From an uncultured Actinomycetota bacterium (lineage in GTDB: Bacteria; Actinomycetota; Actinomycetes; S36-B12; UBA10799): 64,000 bases of DNA. The notes under the pieces were generated by a model. That model was not told where the DNA came from. It made no database searches and saw only the letters and a program-made list of their open reading frames with translations. The DNA is taken from positions 232,323 to 296,322 of the forward strand of contig CAVTCZ010000005.1 in NCBI GenBank assembly GCA_963733395.1. Reading direction: 5' to 3'. Positions 1 to 8,766 of the stretch are shown here, piece after piece (the first letter of the stretch is position 1; each line of letters opens with the position of its first letter). The translations under genes and the position numbers were made by a program.

Positions 1-1422
1 GGCGGGGATGAACAAGCCCGGCGCGATCAGTCCCCGTTCCGGGTCATCCCACCGGATCAGGGCCTCCAGCCCGACTGTGCTGCCCGTCTCTATCTCGACG
101 ATCGGCTGGTAGACGGTCCGGAACTCGCCGCGGTCCAGGGCCCGCCGCAGCCCCACGGCATCCTGGAGGCGCTCGTCGGCCTGCCGGTGCATCGCCTCGT
201 CGAAGAGCACCACCTGATCGCGGCCGCGCTCCTTCGCCCGGTACATTGCGGCGTCGGCATCCCGCAGCAACGTCTGCGGATCGGAGGAGTCGGTGGCCAG
301 TGCCGCGCCGATGCTGGCGGTGACTGCGACCTGGTGGGCCTCGGATGCGAACGGTTCCCGCAGGGCGCTTGTGACGCGGTGGGCCAGTGCGTCGACTTCC
401 TCGTCCCGGACGTCATCGCAGACGATGACGAACTCGTCGCCGCCGAACCGGGCCAGGGTGTCGCCGGACCGCACTGCGGACTGCAGTCGGCCGGCCACGT
501 CGATGAGCAGAGCATCGCCGGCGTGGTGCCCGAGGCTGTCGTTGACCACCTTGAACAGGTCCAGATCCAGGAAGAACACCACGACCCGTCCCTCGGACCG
601 GCTGGACCGGGCCAGGGCCTGTTCGATCCGGTCGGTCAACAACAATCGGTTCGGCAAGCCGGTCAACGGATCGTGCAGCGCCTGGTGTTCCTGTTCCCGG
701 GACATCTGGGCGGCCTTCTGCACGGCCAGCAACGGGAGCAGCAACAGCGGCAGCAGGGTCCAGGAGTACTGATGGGCCACGGCGACGATCGCCACGAGTG
801 GCGACAGCGCGAGCACGGCCAGCACCGAGACCGTGTAGAACCAGAACTCGTCGGTGAACGCCTCCCACCACGACTGGTCGTAGTACTGCGCCAAGCCGGA
901 AACCAGCGCAAGGTTGACGAGGTGGTAGGCGATCCACGATCCGAAGATCCACAACAGGTCCTGTCCGGACAGGTCCGCATGCGGTGCGAAGGGTGTCGGT
1001 GCCGCGCCCGCGGCGAACATGACCAGCCAGGCGGCGCTGAGGCTGGTCACATCCTGGCCGACGTTGAACAGGATCTTCCAGAGCGGTTTGCGCTGCAGCA
1101 GTTCGGACAGCAGGGTGGCCCCGGCGTGCAGCAGGACGGCCGGGTACAGGCCCCACAGGTACATCGCGGCGAAGACGAACGCCAGCGAGATGGAAACCGG
1201 GTTGCCGACCAGTCGCGTCATGACGATCGGGCGCAACTCGCTGAGCACGATCACCGCCGCGATCATCAGCAGCGGTGGCCCCATCGCCTGCAGAGCGGCG
1301 GGGCTCAAGCGCAGAACCGACAGGATCACCAGGGACCAGCCCAGCCAGGTGCACGCCTGCCACGTGACGGCGAACAGGCTGGGGCGCCACACAGACGGGT
1401 GTGTTGGTTTTGTCGGCGCCAC
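1..1422 (-). CDS. Membrane-anchored diguanylate cyclase/phosphodiesterase (GGDEF-EAL); the 3' end runs off the left edge
   Basis: The minus-strand frame with codon starts at positions divisible by 3 has no internal ORF break in the track. It is missing from the track only because it is edge-truncated. My translation gives a TM-like stretch PVSISLAFVFAAMYLWGLYP (~1200), SGDTLARFGGDEFVIV (~468, GGDEF motif), DADAAMYRAKERGRDQVV, then RTVYQPIVEIETG..LEALIRW..PGLFIP (EAL start, 21-130). The GTG at 1422 is a plausible start. Confidence 0.75.
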   Translation of the reverse strand, partial: MAPTKPTHPSVWRPSLFAVTWQACTWLGWSLVILSVLRLSPAALQAMGPPLLMIAAVIVLSELRPIVMTRLVGNPVSISLAFVFAAMYLWGLYPAVLLHAGATLLSELLQRKPLWKILFNVGQDVTSLSAAWLVMFAAGAAPTPFAPHADLSGQDLLWIFGSWIAYHLVNLALVSGLAQYYDQSWWEAFTDEFWFYTVSVLAVLALSPLVAIVAVAHQYSWTLLPLLLLPLLAVQKAAQMSREQEHQALHDPLTGLPNRLLLTDRIEQALARSSRSEGRVVVFFLDLDLFKVVNDSLGHHAGDALLIDVAGRLQSAVRSGDTLARFGGDEFVIVCDDVRDEEVDALAHRVTSALREPFASEAHQVAVTASIGAALATDSSDPQTLLRDADAAMYRAKERGRDQVVLFDEAMHRQADERLQDAVGLRRALDRGEFRTVYQPIVEIETGSTVGLEALIRWDDPERGLIAPGLFIPA

Positions 1423-1599
1423 GACGCATCCTCCCTCGCTGAGGCTGAAACTACCCGGATCGGGAGGAGCGAATCTCGCTGGAACTGGCGGGTGCGCGGC
1501 GGGGCCGACGGAAGTGCACGAACCTCAGCCGTTCAGGGCTGTCCACCGCGCAGTGTCTGACGCATACTCGAAGGCAGCGAGTCAGAACCACCTCGCGGA

Positions 1600-1992
1600 T
1601 TGGATATGGCAATGACCATGCACAAGGTGGTGGCGCTCGGCGCCACGGTGGCAGTCACGGGCGGTGCGCTGATGCTGGGTGCCGGGGCCGCGAACGCCGC
1701 CAGCGACCCCGACTTCAAGAAGTTCTCGGCACCCGGAACCGTCGTGGCGGGCCAGTGGTTCCGCATCAAGTGCCAACTCAACCCGAAGGTCAACTGGGCG
1801 GGCGCGGACGCGCAACTGGATCAGAAGCGGGCCACGATCAACGCCAAGCGTGAGGTCTCCGCGGGTGGCAACTGCAGCATGCGGGTGTTCCTGACCGTGA
1901 CCGGGAAGCAGAAGATCCGCATGATCGTGACGCAGAACGGCGGCGCCATCGAGTCGAAGTGGCTGACCATCAAGGTCAAGCCCGCAGCCTGA
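1600..1992 (+). CDS. Small secreted protein of unknown function (paralog of 5551..5934)
   Basis: 130-aa ORF with a signal peptide ending AGAANA|ASDP and two Cys residues (IKCQL, GNCSM). It aligns along its whole length with the 5551..5934 product. Several in-frame ATGs lie at 1600-1618, so the start is uncertain. Confidence 0.7.
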   Translation: MDMAMTMHKVVALGATVAVTGGALMLGAGAANAASDPDFKKFSAPGTVVAGQWFRIKCQLNPKVNWAGADAQLDQKRATINAKREVSAGGNCSMRVFLTVTGKQKIRMIVTQNGGAIESKWLTIKVKPAA

Positions 1993-2000
1993 GCGTTCCC

Positions 2001-2423
2001 TCAGGCGAGCGGGTTGAACCAGCGGCACGCGGGAAACGCGCGAAATCGCTGTCGTTGCTCGCCACCGGAACGCCGAGTTCGATCGCGAGGGCGGCCAGTT
2101 GTGCGTCCGGGATCACGTTACCGGTGACGCCCTCGGAGACAAGGTCGCCGAGGATCTCCGCCGTGCGGTCGCCGGTTGCCGGGATCCATACCTGCGGCTG
2201 GTCGAGCCAGTCACGAACAAACCCCCACGCCGCTGCTGAGTCCAGCGGGTTCGGTGGTCACTCGGGGGTGGGTCACCACCCTCAGGAAGGCTCCGATGGT
2301 CTGCCACGGCAACGCGATGCGCTGTGGGCCGGACATGACCTCTTCCAGCCACGCAGCGGCAGTCCGGTGATGCGAACTCGTGCTGTCGACGGCGTAGAGC
2401 AGCAGGTTGGCATCAACGATCAT
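2001..2423 (-). pseudogene. vapC: PIN-domain toxin VapC, disrupted by two frame changes
   Basis: MIVDANLLLYAVD..LPWQTIGAFLRVVTHPRV is in the frame of ORF 2211..2468. The homologous continuation PLDSAAAWGFVRDWLDQPQVWIPATGDRTAEILGDLVSEGVTGNVIPDAQLAALAIELGVPVASNDSDFARFP is in a second frame. The terminal CRWFNPLA-stop (stop at 2001-2003) is in a third frame. The ATG overlaps the vapB stop (ATGATCGTTGA). Confidence 0.7.
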
Positions 2424-2640
2424 CGCTGTCCAACACGTCCAGGACCTCGGCGATGTTGCTGACGTCAACGCGCAGGCCGAGCGGGACCGAACGCTGATGG
2501 AATGTGCGGGTGACCGGCTTCCGCGCCATACCCGCCCGGGCCAGTTCGTTGAGGGCTGCGCTCGCCCCGATGCCGCGTTCCCGGCGCATCCGCTCGACTT
2601 CCGCGGCGACGTCGTCGCTCAGTGTCACCGTGGTGCGCAT
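2413..2640 (-). CDS. vapB: Ribbon-helix-helix antitoxin VapB
   Basis: 75-aa ORF MRTTVTLSDDVAAEVERMRRERGIGASAALNELARAG, typical of the RHH/CopG-type VapB N-terminus. It lies immediately upstream of, and overlaps, the PIN-toxin start. Confidence 0.8.
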   Translation of the reverse strand: MRTTVTLSDDVAAEVERMRRERGIGASAALNELARAGMARKPVTRTFHQRSVPLGLRVDVSNIAEVLDVLDSDDR

Positions 2641-2712
2641 GCTCCAAGGCTAGCATCATGATGCGTCCAGGTGAACATCACGATGCCGTCAGACTGACCC
2701 TGGCGCTTCGGC

Positions 2713-4252
2713 CTAGTGGCTGACCTGGAGAACAGCCGCCTCGTGGGCCATGATGCGGTCCCGGCCGGCGGACTTCGCCTCGTACAGGGCGCGGTCGGCG
2801 CGGTCGACCGTCTCACTGATCGGCTCGGCCGGATCCCGCTGCGCATAGCCGATGGAGACGGTCTGCTGACCCGGCGTCGCCCGGCGCAGGCGGTCCAGAA
2901 TGGGGTGCGCTTCGACCAGCAGCGTGCCGGGCAGCAGGACGGCGAACTCTTCGCCGCCGTAGCGGGCGAGCAGGGCAGGGGGGTTGAGCAGCGAGTGCCA
3001 GGCCCGGGCGCATTCGATCAGCAGGACATCCCCGGCGGGGTGGCCGTAGCGGTCGTTGTAGGCCTTGAAGTGGTCGAGGTCGAGGATGGCCACGGTGAGC
3101 GGGGCGCCTTGGGCGAAGGTCCGGGAGGCGACGCGCTCGAGTTCGAAGTCCCAGGTGCGACGGTTGGGCAGGCCGGTGAGACCGTCCCTTCGGGCCAGGT
3201 CGGCGAGCAGGGCGGCCTGCTGCTCGACCATCGACATCAGGATCAGGGCGCCCCACAGGATCAGCAGGATGACTGCGATCGACGCGACGGCCAGCATTCG
3301 CGCGGTCGACCCGACGTCGCCCCATACCGCGAATGCCAGCAGGGTCGGTGCCGTCAGTGCGGCGACGGCCAGACCGACGAGGCGGGCCTTGGTCCGGTGG
3401 GTGGTCATGCTCGGCCGGGCGATGGTCGCGGCACCGGGTGCGGTCACGGCGGCGGCCAGCAGCAGGATGGCAGCCAGGAACAGGACCTCGACCCACACCG
3501 GGGCGTCCTCCACGACCCCTTGGGCGACCAGGCTGTTGAAGACCAGGTCCGCGGTCAGGGTGAAGGCGACGGACACCGTCAGCAGCGCCAGGGCCGGGTT
3601 CAGGCGTTGCACGTCGACCAGACAGCCGGATCAGCACGGACAGGACGACCACGTCGAGCAGCGGGTAGGCCAGGGCGATCATGGTGACCAGTTCGGGTGC
3701 CGCGCTGTCGGTCAGCATCGGCATGATGACCACGGTGGCGACCACGCAGGCGGCGGCCACGGTCATGACTGCGGTGTCGATCCAGGTCTCCCGGTTGCGC
3801 CCGGGTTGCCGCCGACGGACCAGGATGACCAGGGCGAGCTGATCACTGCGATGTAGGACGCGAGGTAGAGCAGGTCCGCCACGCTGGGGAACGGCTCCTC
3901 CTGGAAGGTGGTACAGGTACACGTCGTAGACGACGTCGCCGGCGACCGTCAGCACTTGGAAGGCCCACAGCCCCCACCACACCCCCCGGGCACCCGGGGG
4001 CATGCGGACCGCGGCCCACAGGAAGACCAGCACGGCCACAATGCTCGAGCCGCGGACGACGATCACCCATTCGGGGGAACCGACCGGCAGCAGCAGTGCC
4101 AGCAGGCAGGCGACCCCACCGAGCCACACCCCCAGCACCCACCGGCGCTGCATGACGATGTCCAGGGCGCGGCGGAAGGGTCCGCTTCCGGGATGCAGGT
4201 CATCGTCGCCCGGGACGCGCGGTCGCGGGATCTTGGGGGCTGCTTCGCTCAC
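2713..4252 (-). pseudogene. Multi-TM sensor diguanylate cyclase (GGEEF), three frame changes
   Basis: The C-terminal 299-aa ORF (2713..3612) has RDGLTGLPNRR and RYGGEEFAVLLP. The N-terminal TM domain is in the frame of ORF 2813..4252 (MSEAAPK..VYDVYLYH). The segment FQEEPFPSVADLLYLASYIAVI (~3905-3845) is in a third frame. The junction LIRL/LVDVQRLNPAL is at ~3622. Confidence 0.7.
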
Positions 4253-4459
4253 GGGTGACCACCGCCTTCTCGCCAGGGGCAGCGTCCAGGTCCGCCCTTG
4301 TCAAAGATGCATCGGCACGAATCCGTGGCTCCTGGAGGGCTGGCGTGGAACACCGGCCGCCGGCGTACCCTGGAGATGACGGGAACCGCCAGTCGGGTCG
4401 CCCGATCGTTGCGACCGAACCGGCGCTTGGTTCACGTTCAGGTCGATACGAGGAGCACG

Positions 4460-4777
4460 ATGATGGCCGAGAACACTGAGAAGACAACGGCAGAGCAAGC
4501 GGCGGATATGGCGGGTCAGGCAGCAGAGCTGTCCGATCAGGTTCTGGAGTCGGTCGAAGGCGCGCAGAAGGCCGCGATCGAAGCGGTGCGCAAGTTCGTC
4601 GACACCGTCGACGAGGTGATCCCCGCGCTGGGTGACCGCCCGTCGCGGCGAGAGACCGTCATCGACGCAGCGCTGGACATGGCCGACAAACTGGTCACGA
4701 CGCAGTACGAGTTCCTGCGCAGTGTGGTGCGCAGTGCGGATCGCACGCTCGGGAAGTCCGACGACACGCAGGAGTAG
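4460..4777 (+). CDS. Small helical hypothetical protein (phasin-like composition)
   Basis: An internal ATG at 4460 is preceded by AGGAG. The 105-aa product MMAENTEKTTAEQAADMAGQAAELSDQVLESVEGAQKAAIEAVRKF.. is Ala/Glu-rich and helical. The upstream part of ORF 4298..4777 looks non-coding. Confidence 0.6.
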   Translation: MMAENTEKTTAEQAADMAGQAAELSDQVLESVEGAQKAAIEAVRKFVDTVDEVIPALGDRPSRRETVIDAALDMADKLVTTQYEFLRSVVRSADRTLGKSDDTQE

Positions 4778-4803
4778 CGGCGCAGCCCGACAGTTGCGTT
4801 GCT

Positions 4804-4837
4804 ATCGGGTCACCATCGAGTCCGGTGGTGACCCGAT
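4804..4837 (+). terminator. Hairpin downstream of 4460..4777
   Basis: Perfect 12-bp stem atcgggtcacca / tggtgacccgat with a 10-nt loop, 27 nt after the stop codon. Confidence 0.45.
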
Positions 4838-4976
4838 CCACACATGGATTCTGCATCCGCGCATGTGAGCGATCCGGGACCCCAACCCTTCCACAGCAGT
4901 AGCGGACGGGTCTACCGTGGAGGTACAGGGTCGCTGACCCGCACTCCCGAAGGGTCTCGGCCCGTGGGAGGGCATC

Positions 4977-5424
4977 ATGCGAACCACATCATCAGTCCTG
5001 GCCGTGGGGGTCGCCGCTGCACTCGTCGTCGGGATCGGTGCGCCAGCGGCCGCGAAGGGCGTCGGGTACGAGGGCAAGACCGGACAGGACTTGGACGTCA
5101 CGTTCCGGGCGACCGCGGGCAAGGTGTCGGGATTCAAGACGACTGTGCGTTCTCTGTGCATATCCGCCCCGTCGGGCAAGAGCGTCCTCGAGTTCTACCC
5201 GGTCCTCCTGCAATCGCCGGTCAAGCGCACGGGCAAGCGTTTCACCATCGTGTTCAGCAGGGTCGAGCAGCACCCACATCACGGTGAAGGGGAAGATCAA
5301 GGGCAACAGGGCCAACGGCAGCGTGAAAGTCGCCTACACCAAGACGCTGGGCATGACCCCCGGCGGCCTGCTGATGATCGGTGCCTGCACGGCGGAGACG
5401 ACCTGGACCGCGAAGGTCAAGTGA
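4977..5424 (+). pseudogene. Secreted hypothetical protein, one frame change
   Basis: A signal peptide MRTTSSVLAVGVAAALVVGIGAPAAAKG and a plausible sequence run up to ..KRFTIVF (frame of 4977). The sensible continuation GSSSTHITVKGKIKGNRANGSVKVAYTKTLGMTPGGLLMIGACTAETTWTAKVK-stop is in the frame of ORF 5038..5424. The junction is at ~5262. Confidence 0.55.
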
Positions 5425-5550
5425 CACCGGCGCGCAAACCGTCCGATCGTCGGCTGGGCTCTGCCCGCGCGTCCGACCCCGACTGCGCGGGTGACGGACC
5501 GTAGCCTCGGAGCCGGGGCAACGGGCCCCGCCAAGCGAATAGGAGATTCG

Positions 5551-5934
5551 ATGAGCAAGACCCGCAAGGTACTGGCCATGGGGACCACGGCGGCTGTCGC
5601 CGGTGGTGCGATCGTCCTCGGCGCCGGGGCTGCGAACGCGGCCAACGACCCGGGCTTCCAGAAGGTGAAGGCACCCAAGTCCGCGGTTGCCGGCGAGACC
5701 TTTCTGATCAAATGCCAGTTGGTCGCCACGAACAACTGGGGTGGTGCCACCGCCACGCTGCTGGAGAAGGGCGCGTCGGTCAACGCCTCCCGCTCGGTGT
5801 CGGCCAGCGGCGACTGCAGCATGCACGTCGTGCTCGACGCCACCGGCAAGCAGAAGATCCGCGTCGTCGTGGAGCAGAACATGGGTGCGATCCAGAGCAA
5901 GTGGCTGACGGTCAACGTCAAGCCTGCTTCCTGA
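5551..5934 (+). CDS. Small secreted protein of unknown function (paralog of 1600..1992)
   Basis: The ATG at 5551 is preceded by AGGAG. The product MSKTRKVLAMGTTAAVAGGAIVLGAGAANA|ANDP has the same two Cys positions and the same C-terminal KQKIR.V..QN.GAI.SKWLT..VKPA as the 1600 product. Confidence 0.7.
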   Translation: MSKTRKVLAMGTTAAVAGGAIVLGAGAANAANDPGFQKVKAPKSAVAGETFLIKCQLVATNNWGGATATLLEKGASVNASRSVSASGDCSMHVVLDATGKQKIRVVVEQNMGAIQSKWLTVNVKPAS

Positions 5935-5943
5935 GTCGGGTAC

Positions 5944-5980
5944 GAGAGCCCCGGGTGCCGGCACTGGCCCCGGGGCTCTC
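5944..5980 (+). terminator. Hairpin downstream of 5551..5934
   Basis: Perfect 11-bp stem gagagccccgg / ccggggctctc with a 15-nt loop, 10 nt after the stop. Confidence 0.5.
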
Positions 5981-6053
5981 GGCTGTCCGGTGGGATGATG
6001 GAGGAGGTGGCCCGGCCGCCCGGTCAGTGGCCGCCTCGATCAGAGGAGGGGTC

Positions 6054-6524
6054 ATGGCGCAGTACCAAGCGGACCCTGGGAGTCTGTCCAGGTTCGAAAG
6101 CCCCGGGAGTTACCGCACGAACATGACCGCGCTGGGGGTGCGCCCAGGCACGTTGAAGGCCGTGGACGGCTCATTGTCGTTCGTCGCCAACGACGGCGAG
6201 GTGTTCTTCGACGCGCCCTTCGTGCAGTTCCACAGCGTCGGCCTGGCGGAAATGAACGAGACGCTGGAGGTATGGCAGGGCGCCAAGCGTCACCGCGTCT
6301 CCTTGGTCGCCGGTGGCCCCCTCATCGGCAACATGCAGGGCGAGTTCGAGTCGAACACCGTCGCGAAGCGCTGGCGGGACTACCTCGCGCCGTTGGTCGG
6401 GCCGGTGCCGCCCGGGGTGACGGTGAAGAAGCCGGTGAGCAAGGGCACGCAGCTGACCCTCAGCATCCTGTTCGCGTTGATCGTCACGATCGTGGTGATC
6501 GCTGCGGTGTTCATGCTGGGCTGA
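6054..6524 (+). CDS. Tail-anchored hypothetical protein
   Basis: The ATG at 6054 follows GAGGAGGGG. The 156-aa product MAQYQADPGSLSRFESPGSY.. ends in a single hydrophobic helix LTLSILFALIVTIVVIAAVFMLG. The upstream part of ORF 5712..6524 overlaps the preceding gene and looks non-coding. Confidence 0.6.
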   Translation: MAQYQADPGSLSRFESPGSYRTNMTALGVRPGTLKAVDGSLSFVANDGEVFFDAPFVQFHSVGLAEMNETLEVWQGAKRHRVSLVAGGPLIGNMQGEFESNTVAKRWRDYLAPLVGPVPPGVTVKKPVSKGTQLTLSILFALIVTIVVIAAVFMLG

Positions 6525-6694
6525 CGAGACACCCGCACACGGTGTTCGGTCCGCTCCTGCGACGACGTTGCAGCGACACCCTGCGGGCATCTGCGCGCCG
6601 GCGTGCCCGTGCACGACAACGCCCGCGGTTCGTGCCGCCTCTAGCAGTGTCTATGCCTGTATAGCGTGATTACCTATATGTCGTAGCCTTCTCC

Positions 6695-6700
6695 TAGACT
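6695..6700 (+). promoter_or_regulatory. Candidate -10 hexamer TAGACT for a leaderless transcript of 6708..7895
   Basis: TAGACT lies exactly 7 nt upstream of the ATG at 6708 and there is no Shine-Dalgarno between them. It sits in a locally AT-rich patch (~6640-6700). The same hexamer and spacing occur at 47179-47184 before the 47192 ATG. Confidence 0.3.
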
Positions 6701-6707
6701 CGCGCTC

Positions 6708-7895
6708 ATGGACCCGATCATCAACCCGTACACGCCCGGAGCCGGGGCTCGACCGTTCGAACTCGTCGGCCGGGAACGGTTCATCGGGTCGTTCGACGTT
6801 GCGCTCGAGCGGGCTGGTTTGCGGCTGTCCGCGCAGAGCACGATCCTGTATGGCCTGCGCGGGGTAGGCAAGACGGTCCTGTTGCGGGAGTTCGTTTCCC
6901 ATGCGCGACAACGCAAGTGGTTCGTGGTCCAGTTGGAGGCTCGCAGCGGAGAGTCGTTGATGCCCGCACTCACCCGCGAGCTGTTCCGGGAATTGCGCAA
7001 CGCCGGCCGGACGTGGTCGGGGGAGGCCCTCACGTGGGTCCGCCGGGTGTTCAAGGCCTTCAGTCTCAAGGCCGACCCCGGGACCGGCTCGTACTCCTTC
7101 GAAGTGGACCTCGAACCCGCCCGGGGATACGCCGACAGCGGCGACCTCGACCGGGACCTGACGGAGATGTTGACCGAGTTGGCAACGCTGGCAGGTCAGC
7201 ACGGTGTCGGACTCCTGCTGGCCATCGACGAGCTGCAGGAGGTCGAGCGGTCCACGCTGGCGGCGTTGAACGCAGCGGTCCATCGGATGGGCCAGGGCGA
7301 GGAACCCTCGCCGTTCCTCCTGGCCGCTGCCGGGCTGCCCTCGTTGCGCCGCATCCTGCCGGAGGCGACCTCCTACGCGGAGCGCCTCTACGAGTACTGG
7401 CACATCGACACCCTCGACGACGTTGCGATCCGCGCGGCACTCGAAGGGCCCGGCCGCAGCGCTCGGAGTCTGCCTGGGAGTCCGGCGCCGTGGACATGGG
7501 TGTTCGATTCAGCCGGGGTTACCCGTACTTCGTCCAGGTTCTCGGCAAACACGCATGGAACGTTGCGGCCGGCCCGGACATCACGGTGCTTCGACCTCGA
7601 CAACGCCGTCGCCGATGCGCGGGTCGACATCGATACCGGCCTGTACGCATCGCGCTGGCAGCGGGCCACGCGCGCCGAGCAACGGTTCATGCAGGCCATG
7701 GCCGACAAGGGTCAGGAAGGCCCGGTCCGCGTCGCCGATCTCGTGGCGGCGCTGGGCCGCACGAAACTGTCGCAGCTGTCGCCGACCCGCAGCCAGCTGA
7801 TCTCCAAGGGGCTGGTCTACGCCCCCGACCGTGGCGAGGTGGCCTTCACCGTCCCGGGCATGGGTGCGTTCGCGAGGCGGCAGGTCGTCGACTGA
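6708..7895 (+). pseudogene. AAA/ORC-like ATP-binding protein with a C-terminal winged-helix region, three frame changes
   Basis: Walker A YGLRGVGKTVLL and Walker B LLLAIDELQ are present. The central segment reads AALEGP (frame A), then AAALGV (frame of 7423), then WESGAVDMGVRFSRGYPYFVQVLGKHAWNVAAGPDIT (frame of 6917), then FDLDNAVADARVD (frame A). The junctions are at ~7452, ~7472 and ~7585, each consistent with one extra base. Confidence 0.7.
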
Positions 7896-7948
7896 GAACG
7901 ATCGCGCGGGTTCTGCCTCTTCACGTCGGTCCCCGACCGGCCGATGGG

Positions 7949-8719
7949 ATGGACATGACCGGTTCTGCCAGCGACCTGCCGGGTGGACATCCACCGCGCA
8001 CTGCTGGCATCCGCTGTTCGATCCTGATCCCCGCCCGCGACGAGGAAGCGGCCTTGCCGGGTTGTCTCGGCTCGATCGCGGCCGCCACCTGTCAGCTGCA
8101 CCATCCGGTCGAGGTCATCGTCGCGGTCAACCGTTGCACGGACCGTACCGAAGATGTCGCCCTCGCTGCCGGCGCGCGAGTCGTGCGTGACGACAGCAGG
8201 AACCTCGCGGCCATCCGCAACGCAGCGGCGCGCGCCGCGACCGGTCACGTGGTGGTCACCATCGACGCAGACAGCCGGATGTCGGTCGGGATGCTCTCCA
8301 AGATCGATGAGTTGGAGCGGACGGGCAGGTACATCGGCGGTGGAACGCGGGTCCGTCCGCAGCGCTGGTCTGCGGGGATCATGCTCACTGGAGCGGTTCT
8401 CGGGCTCGTTCTGGCCTATCGCCGCGTGTCGGGCGCGGTCCTGTGGTGCCGCCGAAGCGACTTCTGGGCCATCGGTGGGTTCGATGAGAACCTGGCCAGC
8501 GGCGAGGACCTCGACTTCGCCGTGCGGCTGAAGACCTTCGGACGGACCCGGAACCAGCGGTTCGCGACCGTCCTGTCCGAACACGCCGTCACCTCGACGC
8601 GCAAGTTCGACGATTTCGGTGACTGGTACCTGTTGCGCAACCCTCGCCTCGTGCGCCAGATCCTGCAAGGCCGGACGCAGGCGGCGGCAGACCGCTTCTA
8701 CTACGACGTCCCACGCTGA
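7949..8719 (+). CDS. Family 2 glycosyltransferase
   Basis: This is the C-terminal 256 aa of ORF 6917..8719, starting at the ATG at 7949. CSILIPARDEEAALPGCL, VVTIDADS and GGFDENLASGEDLDF are typical of the GT2 (GT-A) fold. Confidence 0.75.
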   Translation: MDMTGSASDLPGGHPPRTAGIRCSILIPARDEEAALPGCLGSIAAATCQLHHPVEVIVAVNRCTDRTEDVALAAGARVVRDDSRNLAAIRNAAARAATGHVVVTIDADSRMSVGMLSKIDELERTGRYIGGGTRVRPQRWSAGIMLTGAVLGLVLAYRRVSGAVLWCRRSDFWAIGGFDENLASGEDLDFAVRLKTFGRTRNQRFATVLSEHAVTSTRKFDDFGDWYLLRNPRLVRQILQGRTQAAADRFYYDVPR

Positions 8720-8766
8720 GTTCCGGCGCCCGATTCGGCGACCGCTGCCCCCGGTAGGTTCGTGTT

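Noticed and set aside
187-1560. 457-aa plus-strand ORF, and 338-aa and 141-aa minus-strand ORFs, covering the first 1.5 kb
   Set aside because: Their translations are Arg/Gly/Pro/His-rich with no motifs. The real gene is the third minus-strand frame, which contains TM helices and GGDEF and EAL motifs and runs off the window edge. These are typical high-GC shadow ORFs.
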